Shown piece by piece: positions 1 through 13,079 of a stretch of 64,000 nucleotides of DNA (the first letter of the stretch is position 1; every line of letters starts with the position of its first letter). The stretch is from Octopus sinensis (Eukaryota), in contig NC_043010.1 in assembly GCF_006345805.1 (NCBI RefSeq), forward strand, positions 39,804,001 through 39,868,000, in the 5' to 3' direction. The notes under the pieces are model-generated. The model had not been told where the DNA came from. It searched no databases and saw only the letters and a list, made by a program, of their open reading frames with translations. The position numbers and the translations under genes were made by a program.

Positions 1-124
1 TGAATATATTATTGATTAATTAGTTGTAATCTTTTATTAAACGTTTTATAAAATTAAATTTTAAAAAGCGGCGGGAACTTAGTTGCAAACCCAATATATA
101 CACACATATACATAAATATATACG

Positions 125-199
<75 letters not shown>

Positions 200-316
200 G
201 AGTGTATTTTACCTTGTTAACAATTAACACGGATGAAATGAATGAATAGTTACCAGGGCAGCAAAAATACGTAGAAAGTAAAATACTTGTTTTAAACCTG
301 CGTTTCTCATTTTTTA

Positions 317-346
<30 letters not shown>

Positions 347-350
<4 letters not shown>

Positions 351-543
351 AATCAAGGAACGGTCATAATAGGCCATTCACCCACTAGAATAACAGCCAA
401 AGCTTCAACCGCAAATAACATTATTCCGTAAACCAGGAGAAAATTAAAAAACATTACCCTGTAATTTCTTATACGATGCACCGTTTCATCTATGTTAATG
501 GTGGCAAAAAAATTCTACAAAATTTTTTGCCACCCTATATTGA

Positions 544-548
<5 letters not shown>
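347..548. mobile_element. Truncated fold-back copy of the 484-bp hammerhead repeat (family A) between two (TA)n tracts
   Basis: 347-502 matches the start of the unit at 57061. 500-548 is the reverse complement of a later part of that unit (attaatcaatatagggtggcaaaa...). The junction has a GGT microhomology at 500-502. Only the GAAA/stem III/GUA half of the hammerhead is kept (464-492). Confidence 0.85.
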
Positions 549-596
<48 letters not shown>

Positions 597-3500
597 CATA
601 TATATATATATGTCTGTGTGCGTAGTGTGTGTGTGTGTGTATGTGTGTGTGTATGCGTGGTTTCTGCATTTCATTATGTCAATTTAACACTTGCGCTAAC
701 ACAGAGAGAGTGAACCAGAGATCCTGAAACTACCTAACTTTCTACTTCTCAGACAGCAAATGTACTCTCTTTTCTACTATTGTTCTTACCAACATTCGCG
801 TTCTCAACTAGAGAGAAGAGATATGGCTCTTTTTCATCATTCATGTTTCTCGTAACTGATTTGATAGATTCCGCTGTATTAACTAATACAGAGTTGATTT
901 GAAATCAGTCGACAAACATAATTTCTGAACGACACTACAACCGGGTTTAATCATTTAATTTGCCCAAGTTTCAGCTGTTATAGAGAAAATTTCCCTTCAT
1001 CATGTTAGGTTTTTGACGTACGATACAAAACAGTGTGCAGTCAATATTATTAACTCTTTTACAGTGGTAATATATTGATGGCAACAGTCGAATAAAATGT
1101 ACAGCCATATACCTTTATATTGAAAGAACTATAAGGGTTGTGACAAAATGGCATACGACGTTCGCCAGCGTCGGAAGGTACAGGTTCGACTCTACTCCAA
1201 GACACATGAGTTTTCCGTATATCCTTACAATATATATGTTGGTACCAGTTCGCAATTTGATTGCAGCGTTGAATAAATTTTAGTCAATCTTTCTTTCACT
1301 TTCTCTTGTTTTATTTCGATTGCGTGTCTTTTGTTCCACATTTTTCGTTTCGCTTAGTTCGTGCATGCACTGAACTAAATTTTGAGTAACACATAACACG
1401 TACGAACTTGGCAGGCATCAAGAAATATTTTTCTTCGCTCTGTTTATAAAAATGTTTTAACTTGTAATATATGTTCTATCAAATACGCAATAGTGTAGTT
1501 GTATAAACCTCGCAAATTGGAGAGTCTAACCTTCTTCATTTCCATCTCATCACCTCCATATTCCTACTCAGTAGGCAAACATGGTCGGCGATTATTTTGT
1601 AACTCTCCTGCTGTGCAACATCGCAAAGTGTCTACGCTTTGCACTGTTTAAATGTGTGCGTCTTTTACACAGTTCCTCAAGTACCAATATTGAGACTTTA
1701 ATGTTCGGTCCGAATTATCTTCATCGAAAACGGACAATTCTTGACACGTAATTGTACCATTAACGGTGCTTCGAAATACGATGGATGCTTTATTTTGAAA
1801 TTCCTTCTCACGAGTTTCTTTCCACACAGGTTTTACTGGACTCTGACAATATGTTTCTAGAAACCTTCTTGCTTTGTAGGAGCTCGTCGATAATATGGGG
1901 CTTGCGAAGCGTTTCTTGTTAAGAATGTGAAAATTCCCCGGTACGTTACATAGATGGATCTGCTTGAAAACTCAACCCTGAATAGTTATTGAATTTCGTT
2001 GCATTTTCAAAGTTCCAGTAGAATTTAGGGATAGATTTCAATTGCTCAAAACTTAGTCTGACTCCATTTATCATTTCTAATACGTTAAGTATGAAAAACA
2101 AATAAAGCTCCAGTGCAACAATGTGTATATGCACTTTTGGGACACCGTGTTTATTCAAAACTATACAAATATAAATACATATATATTTATATGTAAATTG
2201 TCTAGATTTGCATTACTGATGCATATATTCTTCTAAGAGTTGTTATAAGTGAATTTCCAATTAATTTAGGAAATAACAATTCGAACATTCAAAGGGGAAA
2301 TGTTGATGGTCTATATATTGATCGAATAACTAAATAAGTTAACATTTCTGTCCACATTTCTCTACACAATTTCACTACGCACAAGTTACGGAGATTATCA
2401 ACTTGCATTCTTATTGTTAATACAACTATCATGAAATATTATATTCTGATCGCTGACTTCTAGACGACACATATCAGCACCTAGAAGGATGAAATGAGAA
2501 TTACGTTTGGTTGAGTTAATAACTTAATGTCTACAATAATTATAACATGACATAGTTTAAACTGCCTTCTTTCTATAATATTGATCATTGGATTTAATTT
2601 TATGAGATGTTTACTACATAATAGACCCTACACACCAGACCGTCGCAATGAAGAGATCCAGTTAGATTGAAATAATAGCTAGATATGAATATAAAGAACA
2701 CTTAGAATTTTTAAAAAATAGGAAAATTCCATAAAATAATGTTAAGGGACTGTATTTCTTTCAATAATAGGATAAAATTGATTCATAGCAAGTTGATTAT
2801 CTCCCTTACTTCAGTGATCATCCAGTCAGCTGTAAGATTACAATAATTTGATAACATAATGAATTAATCTTTTGCTTCCGTATTGTTGATAGTCATATTC
2901 CATAATTACTTACTTAATTGACTTCACATCACCTTCAAAATGGAGCTTAGATCTTAAATTTCCAAGAATTCAAAACTACATTTGTTAGCTACAACTCATT
3001 TATAATGCATATTCAATTACTGAAGCATTCCGGAACAATGAAGTCTACTCTTTGTCGCATTTATATAAATTGTTAGAACATTTCATAGAAAGAGATTACA
3101 TTGAAGGTTGGCGAAAATAGTTTTCTATAGAAATTCAGTCTTCGAACATTATAATAATCAAATCCAATGTTAACAATCCGGATTTCCAACACACATTAAT
3201 TCAATGATGTCTTCTGTATATGTCAAAGAAAATTCCCATAGTTTTGGAGAAGCCGACATCCCAATACTTCTGATGGAAATTATGTAGATGGAAACTTTGT
3301 GCTATCTGAGCTGATAAACAACGTGTCATTAGTCGCTAGATTTAATCCATTGTATGCATTCAGACTATGTGTCTGCTTAAGAGCAGACACATGATATCGT
3401 TGTGCGCCTGATTTTTCTGTAACAATCCATGAGTTTTAATTTTCTTCCCTACTTTCTACAACGATATTTCCTTCTGTAGTTAAACCATAAAAGAAAATGT

Positions 3501-5455
3501 TGGATACAGAACGAGTGCAGGTGACAACCTCGTTGATCAATATGTCAAGTACTTGAAATTCGAACAAACAATTTTCACACTCGGCCTCCCGGTAGATTAT
3601 TGAAAAACAGAGCTACTGTGCAAATGTTTCTAAGCTACCTGAGAGAGTATTTAAATGCTGTACTTAGTGCCAAGAAAAATTAGTTGGTTAGCCAATATTT
3701 TCGCATCTTCAACCACTTAGCCTTACTTCTACATGTCCAATTGCCAAATATTGACTATGTTAACAGGGGACAGTGAGGGTTTAGAAGTCTAATCGTCAAT
3801 ATCTTATAAATTTTTGAGGTGTCATTCGAACCATCGGCGTTTTGGCAACTGGTCTAAACTTCTATGATAATCTAGAATTTATTATAGAAGAAAATTCAGC
3901 TGTTAAGAGAATTCTTTTCAGGCATACAGTGGAATATAAATTAGTCTGTTTTATGCATATCATTCATTATATCATCCCACCTGCTATTAGTAAATTATAT
4001 TACATCTTTCATTTCGATTATATTTAGGCAACACAAATATCAAAAGTTAATGTTGAGTTTCACTAACTTGAAACTAATTTTATTTGAAGGTCAACTAAGC
4101 CTTTTATCAGATTTTGAAGCCGAGTTTAATACTCCAACGTTAGTTTGTAATTGGTCATTAATGGAATAGCGAAGACGAAAAGATATAGATTTTCAATGAT
4201 GTTTAGTTGCTCTACGTACGAATAGCGAACACGAACGTTCTTGTGAATATATTACTGGACAACCGGTCGATAGATTGTATACTCTTTCTCTCTCTTTTTC
4301 TCTCTCTCTCTATCACACATGCACGCGCGCACTCACTTACCTTCTCGCTCAGTGGTCTAGTCCATTAGGTAAAATAAGATGATATAACTTAGCTCCGTGA
4401 GCAACGGCTCGGACATACAATTAAATATAAAATTAAATTGAAGCGTTAAATTCTATCTCACCCACAGGAATAGGTAAATGAGATAGAATACCGACTTCGC
4501 CAAGGAGAGCATTGCTTCTATTATACATAACATGACGAAATTAAGAAACATTCACTGCACAGATGCGTAACGTGAAGGCCGCAGAATGAATGTTATAAGA
4601 TGTCCATGTATATAGCGTTGGCGTATGTATGTATTTATGATGTTCGCTCCTCAAATACATGGTTTCTTCTTCCGTTCCTCTGCACAGCAACTTTGACAAT
4701 TGCTTTGTCATACAGACTATGTCCAACAAATACTTTGTGAGTGAATTCTGTTTATTGAAAGAAGCTGAGTTGGCAAAACCGGATGTGAATCGGATTAAGT
4801 GCATTGTAGCATATGCTCTGGCGTTCTATGTAGTGCGTTTGAAGTCGGGTTAAGGTAACCTTTGTCTTTTGATCGGCTAAGGTCCATAGAATAACACTGA
4901 GGTCAGTATGCAGGATTATATCTCCGCCCCAAATTTCTCTCCCTCTGTCTCAGTTCAAATTGTTACTTGTCTGCAGTTGGTCTCTACCCCGGGAAGCTGC
5001 TTATCAAAAATATTATATCCAAAACTTTGCAAGTTCTCACAAAATGCACCAATGCCTTTTAATTCAAAAGCAAAAGAATGGTATTTGACAGGCATTTATG
5101 ATTTGCTTTAAGGGAGCACTGACTATAGAAAAATCCTGAAAAAGAGGCAATGGATAAAAAAAGTAAAGTAGAAAGAAAACTTCAAAAGAAGCACAATCAC
5201 AAAAATTTAAATATTCAGTAAAATACCAAAATAGATAATAAAACAGATTTATCAATGAACTTGGATGCGAAGGAATGGGTACTAAGATAGAACTACTTTC
5301 CAACTATTTTCTGATATTAATTTAGATGAATAATGCAATATATAAATAAATGAATGAATTAATAAATAAATAATCTCCGCTATGTGCGTATACATACATA
5401 CATACATACATACATGCATACATACACACACACCCACACACCCACACACACACAC

Positions 5456-5512
<57 letters not shown>

Positions 5513-7304
5513 CGTGTATAGTTCTGTTACTGTTTGTGTGTATGCATATATTTGTATATAAGTGTGTAATCTATTCTATAACATAAGACAATACGGCCGG
5601 CTTGAATATTTGAAGTAAGATATTATGTTTCATGCGTGAATGAAAAACATCTCATGTATTTTTCACGGTAGTGTGAAGATAGTCTTGGAATTTCTTGAAC
5701 TGATAAAGTTTACCATAAATTTATCTACGTGTTGTTATGCTTTTTTTCATCTTCTAATAATAATCTTTTCGGATTTTCTCTTTGAAGAGTGAAACATAAA
5801 AACATAAACATGAAGTATAATATTAAATGGCGTTTTTTATTATAACATTTATCCTAACTTCTGTGTTGTGTTTTAAACAATGAACGTGGGTTGTTTAACT
5901 TGGAAAACATCATAAAATCTGCAGCTTCATTACACACGTAGCATAAAATTCAGTGCGACCGAGGAACTTTCTACGTTCAAGCTACTAGAAATATGGACTA
6001 AATTTTCATTGTATCAGATCAAAATGATTCGAAAAATGTGTAAGCATACATTGGATAACGTTCGTGTTAAACAGATTATGTAGTCTTAGAAGCATTCTGG
6101 CTGAGAAAACATGTCTAAAAATCTCGTGTTATATGTATTCTATCTGAGAAATCAAGCAAGATGTTCCCAACTAGTTTATCTTCATATGCTTCACGTCCAG
6201 TAAACTATCAACAGTGGCATAAGAACACTTCCACAAGGTAGTCTAAATAGCAGATGGCTTATAATTATCGGGATCTTCAAGTGCATCAAACCTCGCTGTC
6301 CTCCGAGGCAACGCCTTTTCCGTTTTGTTTACTGGTGCCTTGAGAAATGTTTCTATATTGTGAAAGGCAGGATTCTCCTTTAATGCAGCCTGAATACTAT
6401 ACATACCTACACCAGAAATATGACCAGCGTAAGGCATCCCTGTTTAATTCCGTAGCTGGTCAGATTTTGAACGTGCTATACAAATAGAATAATTTTAATC
6501 GATCCCATTATACTAAACACCGATATATATGAATATCAAGGACTCTCATACATGGCTTTATAATATTTCACCCTTAATAAGAGCATTTTGAAGAAGGTTT
6601 TGCTGGAATAAATAATTGAGGTGTAATTCCTGCCGGAGAACTTGTTCTACTGAAGGAGCTTTACATTTTAAAAGTTACTTAGCTATATCCAGTATTTTAA
6701 TTATATAAGAGAATAAACGGATAGGTTAATCCAATACGTATATGAATATATGCATACATCTATATATAAAAATATCTATGTCAAAGCTGAAAACCGGGAC
6801 AAAATTTTATTTTAATTCTCGTTCTCAAGGGTTACTATTAGGAGATATCATACATATTTTTCTATATGTATATCCATGTAAATCCTATTAACAATGAAAC
6901 ATATATAATGGGGCGCATAATACGCCACATGTTTTCCAGTTTCCAGATTCGCGTATATTATCTTCATACAGTCTGCACTCTGTATCTTGTTTCGGTAGTA
7001 ATGTATTACTAATTGGTACAAAGAGCAAACAAAGTTTATATCATTTGTTCCCACGTTGTAGCAAACGATGTAAATTTTACTTATCTAAAATTCTCATATA
7101 TACGCGTGTCGTGTGTCGTGTGTATACATGCAGTAGTGTGATGGAGGAAGAAGACAACAGAAAAAGAAGCAAACAGGAGAAAGAAATACAGAGACCTTAC
7201 CTGTTGACCTAGGCGGGATGGGCTATCACTGTCAAGAAATAAACACGTCCTTGCACGCTGCCGTACCTCCACAGCCCATAACACCACAAACACCACACAT
7301 ACAT

Positions 7305-7450
7305 ATATGCTTATATATACATACATACATACATAATACATACATACATACATACATAGATACATACAAACATACATACATACATACATACATACATACA
7401 TACATACATACATACATACATACATACATACATACATACATAAATACATA
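7305..7450. repeat. (TACA)n microsatellite
   Basis: Direct inspection; it is the source of the MYVC-repeat ORFs. Confidence 0.95.
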
Positions 7451-8621
7451 TAAGTATATTGTGACCGGTTAGATGTGTTCTGAAAAATAGTATTACTATG
7501 ATATTCTTTTTGGTAATATCTAGCACTATATTAATCAATATATAATTATTTGCTTATCTAATCGAGAAAATGGTGACTAGCTGAGGATTCGCTTCCTTTT
7601 TAAGTTGTCACTTGGTCAACAAAATTTTCCTGAGTTTGTTAAATGATTTATTAAAATTGTAGCTAATGTGACGAGTGCTGACTAATAATATCCGCTTATA
7701 TATTTAATCAATCATTAACTTTTCAGGGACTGATTTCCTTTCTAATGAACAATTTTCTCTTTAAGAAGCTGTTATTACCTTTACATTTTCTCCTTCTCTC
7801 TACTTGATAATCATCTTCATGTTTTTGCTTGAAATATTATTCAAGAGCAGGGCCAAAATATTTTATCCTGGACGCAAACATTATGTTATATTCCATTTTA
7901 TATCGTTGGTTCCCTTACCGGCTTATATTTTCAAAGTACTCCAAGTTCGAGAATAATACGTCACATCGTACTGATCTGGATGAAAATCTAATAAAAACAC
8001 AGAGTATGGGGCCGAAATACGCGGCTAGGAAAAAGTCTAAAATCAGCGAAAGAATAAATTTTAAGAATAAAACCGAAGAATTTCACTAACTACACGTAGT
8101 TATTAGTGGGTTATTCATTTGCATTCCTGTCTGGTTCCCGTAGAACTGAATAGCATATCATTAGCTTTCTTCGGAATGTCTGCGAATTTATTGTTGGTTT
8201 AGCACCTAATGATGATTCTCCATAGCCTGTCGGAGTTAATTTGGATAACTTGTAGGAAATATAAATTCGATCAAAAGAAGCGCAGAATAACAGATAAGAT
8301 CTTTTATTTTATTACAATCACTGAATGGGAAAATATATTGTCTGCTTGGCAGTAAATTGATTTGGATGTGACGAGATTGGTTGACAAAAATAAAATAAAT
8401 ATAATGTCGAAAAGCATCAAATTCTACGGTAATAATATTATGCAAAAATGTGCTGGAACGATATTGGTAGCAGAATTAAACACAACAACATCACAATTTG
8501 ATACTGAAATACCTACCAACCCACATGTATATATATACATGTATATATATATATGTATGTATGTATATGAAGTTATAATTTTTTCGAACGCAAAAAACGC
8601 CGTTAGAACAGCAGAAATATT

Positions 8622-8707
8622 CTTTCTATTCTAAGCACAAGGCTCGAAATTTTGGGGGAGGGGCCCAGTCGACTAGATTGACCACAGTACGCAACTGGTA
8701 CTTAATT
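8622..8707 (-). mobile_element. SINE group 2, 3' fragment
   Basis: Reverse complement of the aattaagtaccagtt...ggtcga...aaatttc...ccttgtgc tail seen at 44335-44538. Confidence 0.7.
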
Positions 8708-8926
8708 ATTAGCATATCCCGGCTACACTCACGCGCAAACACACGCACACAACCACAAACGTAGGTATGTGATTTTATATTAATGGCTTAGTGGTAAGGG
8801 ACTGGCATGGCTTAGTGGTTAAGGTGCAGCAGTTACGATCTAACATTTGATCACAATAAACAATTCCTTTGTGCAAGTGGTTTGGCAAAAGCTCAACGCT
8901 CATACGTCGTATTCGACGGGAGAGTA

Positions 8927-8964
<38 letters not shown>

Positions 8965-8972
<8 letters not shown>

Positions 8973-9254
8973 ATCACGTGACCGACCAGACCACCAAATG
9001 TTGCTACACATCGCTGGTCACAATGCGTTCGCATTGTTTTAGCCTCCGAACGACGCCACCCCGCTGGCTAAGCGAGCAGGCCAACAGAAGAAAGAGTGAG
9101 AAAGAGTAGTGAATGAGTACAGCAGGGATCACCACCCCCTGCCGGAGCCTCGTGGAGCTTTTTAGGTGTTTTCGCTCAATAAACACACACAACACTCGGA
9201 CTGGGAATCGAAACCGCGAGTCCGCTGCCCTAACCACCGGGCCATTGCGCCAAC
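8965..9254 (-). mobile_element. tRNA-derived SINE group 1 with tail type A
   Basis: The head (ggcgcaatggcccggtggttagggcagcggactcgcggtttcgattccc) and body match 40624, but the 3' tail differs. Confidence 0.85.
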
Positions 9255-9300
<46 letters not shown>

Positions 9301-9305
9301 ATATT

Positions 9306-9995
9306 ATATAAAAGGGCTTAGTAAAATAAATTACTTTGCCGCATACTGAACTCATTAGAAATAGCAGCTACAAAAAATTTTTTTTTTAAACTATTTCTAA
9401 TACTTAAAGAAAACCTCTCTCATATAGTGTTTGCTCAATTCAACTCACGAAAATAGGGGGGTAGAGACATTAAAAATCAAATGCAAAGGTTAATTGAGAA
9501 CGTACGTTTCAAGATTAGTCAAACTCGACATTTCTATCATCAGCTCAGAACTCCCTGGTTTGGATTGAAAACACTGAAAGTTGGAGCATACCCTTTCGGC
9601 TTCTTATCGCTTCTGAAGATCTGCTCGTAACTAACAGTGCCAACAAACTCAAAAATGCAAGCGAAGAATTTCTGCTCTCCCCTTTCCACCAACGTGGGTT
9701 AAAATCAGTAAACACTATGCTATTTTCGGTAAAATCCGAGGCATTATATAGAGAGAGATGAATATAATTTCAACAATTGAGGGTAAAATTAATTAATTAA
9801 TCAATTTCACCAAGTATTCAGTATGCAAAGGGACCATTTAAGGCGAATTCAAATTATTACATTATATAAAAGGGCTTAGTAAAATAAATTACTTTGCCGC
9901 ATACTGAATAATTTGAATTCGCCTTAAATGGTCCCTTTGCATACTGAATACTTGGTGAAATTGATTAATTAATTAATTTTACCCTCAATTGTTGA
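9306..9995. mobile_element. Family B hammerhead repeat: about 1.08 tandem units (558-bp period) plus an inverted 87-bp arm, flanked by (TA)n
   Basis: aaagggcttagtaaaataaattac recurs at 9311 and 9869. 9909-9995 is the reverse complement of about 9773-9858. It is the same unit as 61190-62937. Confidence 0.9.
9495..9547 (-). ncRNA. Minimal type I hammerhead ribozyme (family B)
   Basis: Minus strand reads ugag-CUGAUGA-[stem II]-GAAA-C-GUAC-G-UU-cuca, with palindromic loop 3 CGUACG. This copy has U.U at the base of stem II. Confidence 0.75.
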
Positions 9996-9998
9996 TAT

Positions 9999-10049
<51 letters not shown>

Positions 10050-10090
10050 TATATATATATAATATATATATATATGTATATATATATGTA

Positions 10091-10147
<57 letters not shown>
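9996..10147. repeat. (TA)n microsatellite
   Basis: Direct inspection. Confidence 0.95.
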
Positions 10148-10149
<2 letters not shown>

Positions 10150-10282
10150 CCAACAAAGTTATCCAATATTCTGCTGGTAGAAGACCTAATTATCCATACA
10201 TAAGTATTTTTATTGCCTTGCAATTACTTTACCGTGTGTACTAAATGGATGAGGGTCAATAGATATTTAACCATTAATTCCT

Positions 10283-10655
10283 AGAGCAATAAGAAAATGG
10301 AGGGGATCAATAGGTGGTTCATTAACTTTTAGACATTATATTATGTCAATTTATCTATTTATTTATTTACTAAAATGACAATTACAAGAATATACATACA
10401 TGTATGACATTATGCTTTACATATAAAATATATTAATATATAAAGATATTTTCCAAATTTATATTCCTCTATGTTATATTTTAATAATTACTGATATCAT
10501 CATATATTAATGTATTATATATGTAAAGCATAATCTATTATACATGTATGTATATTCTTGTAAGTGTCATTTTAGTAAATAAATAAATAAATTGACATAT
10601 GATGTCTAAAAGTTGTTGAAACACCTATTGATCCCCTCTATTTTCTTATTGCTCT
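10283..10655. mobile_element. Fold-back element with imperfect inverted arms of about 155 bp
   Basis: agagcaataagaaaatggaggggatcaataggt... (10283) versus ...acctattgatcccctctattttcttattgctct (10655), with an AT-rich spacer of about 60 bp. Confidence 0.8.
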
Positions 10656-10673
10656 CTCTCTCTCTCTCTCTCC

Positions 10674-10723
<50 letters not shown>

Positions 10724-10724
10724 G

Positions 10725-11005
10725 GTCAATGCTCAGGGTCGTAAGTTCGTGAATTCGATATCCGACAGCGAGTTGTCTCCTTGAACAACGCACTTAACTT
10801 CACGATATTCCAATGCACTCAGCTAACAAAAGTGACTTGAGCATGTATTTCAAAAGACCGGCCTTGTTATATTCTTCTTCACGCTGAATTTTGCTGTGAA
10901 TTACGTCTCAGTGGAGCGCTCAGTCACTTGAATGAGCAGGCTTTCGGTTGATCGATCTAACTGGAGCACTCATCGTCGTGAACGACAGAGAACCAGAGTT
11001 TTATG
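10725..11005 (+). mobile_element. Degenerate SINE with CORE-like centre and tail type C
   Basis: Contains a B-box-like gaattcgatatcc. The 3' part resembles the tail at 40810-41001. Confidence 0.6.
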
Positions 11006-11101
11006 TCTGTCTGTCTGTCTGTCTGTCTATATGTATGAATTAATGTATGTATGTATGTATGTATGTATGTAGTATATATTTATATATGCATTTATGCATT
11101 G

Positions 11102-11392
11102 TGGAGGCATATGGCCTAGTGGTTAGGGCAGCAGTCGCGGGATCGCGAGTTCGAATCTCAGACCGGGCAATGTGTGCGTTTATGAGTGAAACACCTTAGC
11201 TCCACACGGCTCCAGCAGAAGGTAATGACGAACTTCTGCTGACTCTTTCGCCACAACTTTCTCACTCTTTCCTCCTGCATCTTGCATCTTGCGACGGACC
11301 GGCTTCCCGTCCAGGTGTGGAACCCATACGCCAAGGAAACCGGGAAACCGGCTCTATGAGCCAGGCGTGGCTCGAGAAGAAACAAACAACAA
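11102..11392 (+). mobile_element. tRNA-derived SINE group 1 with tail type B
   Basis: Head ggaggcatatggcctagtggttagggcagc...gttcgaatctc and body resemble 40624. The distinct tail ends ggctcgagaagaaacaaacaac. Confidence 0.8.
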
Positions 11393-12363
11393 TTTACGTA
11401 TGTATTATATACTTCATTTTACTTAACTGTAGCAAACAGGAGAGTAAAACACTATTGCTCATTCAAAACCACTGCGCGAGAAAGGACTTCTTTCGTTGTA
11501 ATTCTCTCAAGTTATAAATATCGATGAAGTCATGCCAATGAAGACCTGTATTAAATAGATTACTAGCAAAATCGAGAATGTTAATTGCTAAGAAATCTCT
11601 GTTTCACGTAGTTAGATGTAGGTTATATACGGCCTCTTCTGTGTTTTATGTTTCGAAATGCTACATTCACTATTGCTCTCTTGTGCAGCTAGTCATTACT
11701 TTTAATATACAACGTACCAAACATGTATCGGTCGTTGAAAATGCCCGAAGGAAAACCACCTCGTATTTTTCATCAAGCTCTCTTGGTAGCGTCGATCAAT
11801 AAATAAGATTTTATACGTGTATGGTTGAAAATAATCAACTGAATTAAGCTGGGCAGATGAATAACAGATAGAAACACACAGAAAGATGGATAGAGAGCCA
11901 GCTTCAAGGGACTCATTATTAGTTTATCATTTCTTGATAAATATTACCAAACATATACACTATTTGTCATTGCTTTTACTTAATCCTGAAAAAACCCTAG
12001 GAAAAGCATTCTAATCGTGACCAACCAGACACGTCTGAAATATTTGGAATCAATACAAGGAGAATAGTACCACTTATAGAACATTTCCAACTAACGTTTT
12101 CTTAAAACAAAATCTTAGAGCTGACATCCAGCAAATTATATTTCATTTCTCCTGCGTGAGTACATAATAATTCCGGCAGAATGCCGAAATCCACGTGATG
12201 GGGATATAAATTTAGATGTCAATATAATTCTTAAGGAATCGTTTTAAAATCTAGTCATTACTTTTTACTTCTTTGATATTCTAATATAACAATTCGTATG
12301 TATATATATATATATATGTATGTATATGCATTCATATGTGTGTATGTATGTATGTATGTATAT

Positions 12364-12413
<50 letters not shown>

Positions 12414-13044
12414 CGTGTATATATATGTATATGTATGTATGCATTTATATGTTTGTATGTTTATATATATATATGTGTGTATATACCTTTGTATGTTTAT
12501 ATGTAAAGAAGTAGATATGTGAACAAGCATGTCCTCCTCCTTCTCTCCTCTGCTATCATATTTTTATCAAAAGACATGTGTCTTACACCACATTAACAAG
12601 AACCCACCCTACACCCTATCCCCAAACACACACACCTAAACTCATCTTTAACAGGAAAATTACTGAAACTTCTCTATATAAAATTAAGATAGTTGATTCA
12701 GCTATAAGAAAAGAATTTGAAAAACATCTCACTAGTATATTTTTCACCAATGGAACCAGGTGGAGGGCACTTTCACAAGCCCTTCATGTTACACTCCTTA
12801 AACACCCCACCTCCTCCCAACACTACTCTCAATCATTTTGTTTTTACCATTCACAATTTGCTTTCAGCTACTGTTCATCAATACTCCTTCACTCCCACAC
12901 TTATCAACATACCCCAACCCCACTACACATATTTATATATTATCTATTTTATTCTATGATCGAACGCTACGCATCCTTTTCCCGGTGAGTTTTATCTTAA
13001 TAATTACGATGCGTGCTCTTATTCTATCTCTTCTATTTCTTCTC

Positions 13045-13079
<35 letters not shown>

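Noticed and set aside
1648-1959. 104-codon stop-free minus-strand frame after a cag acceptor
   Set aside because: No recognisable domain, and a few frames of this length are expected by chance in 64 kb.
6243-6437. Protein-like minus-strand ORF MPYAGH...KPSAI
   Set aside because: An in-frame TAA lies just upstream, the acceptor is weak, no family is recognised, and a competing plus-strand exon candidate overlaps it. Unresolved rather than disproved.
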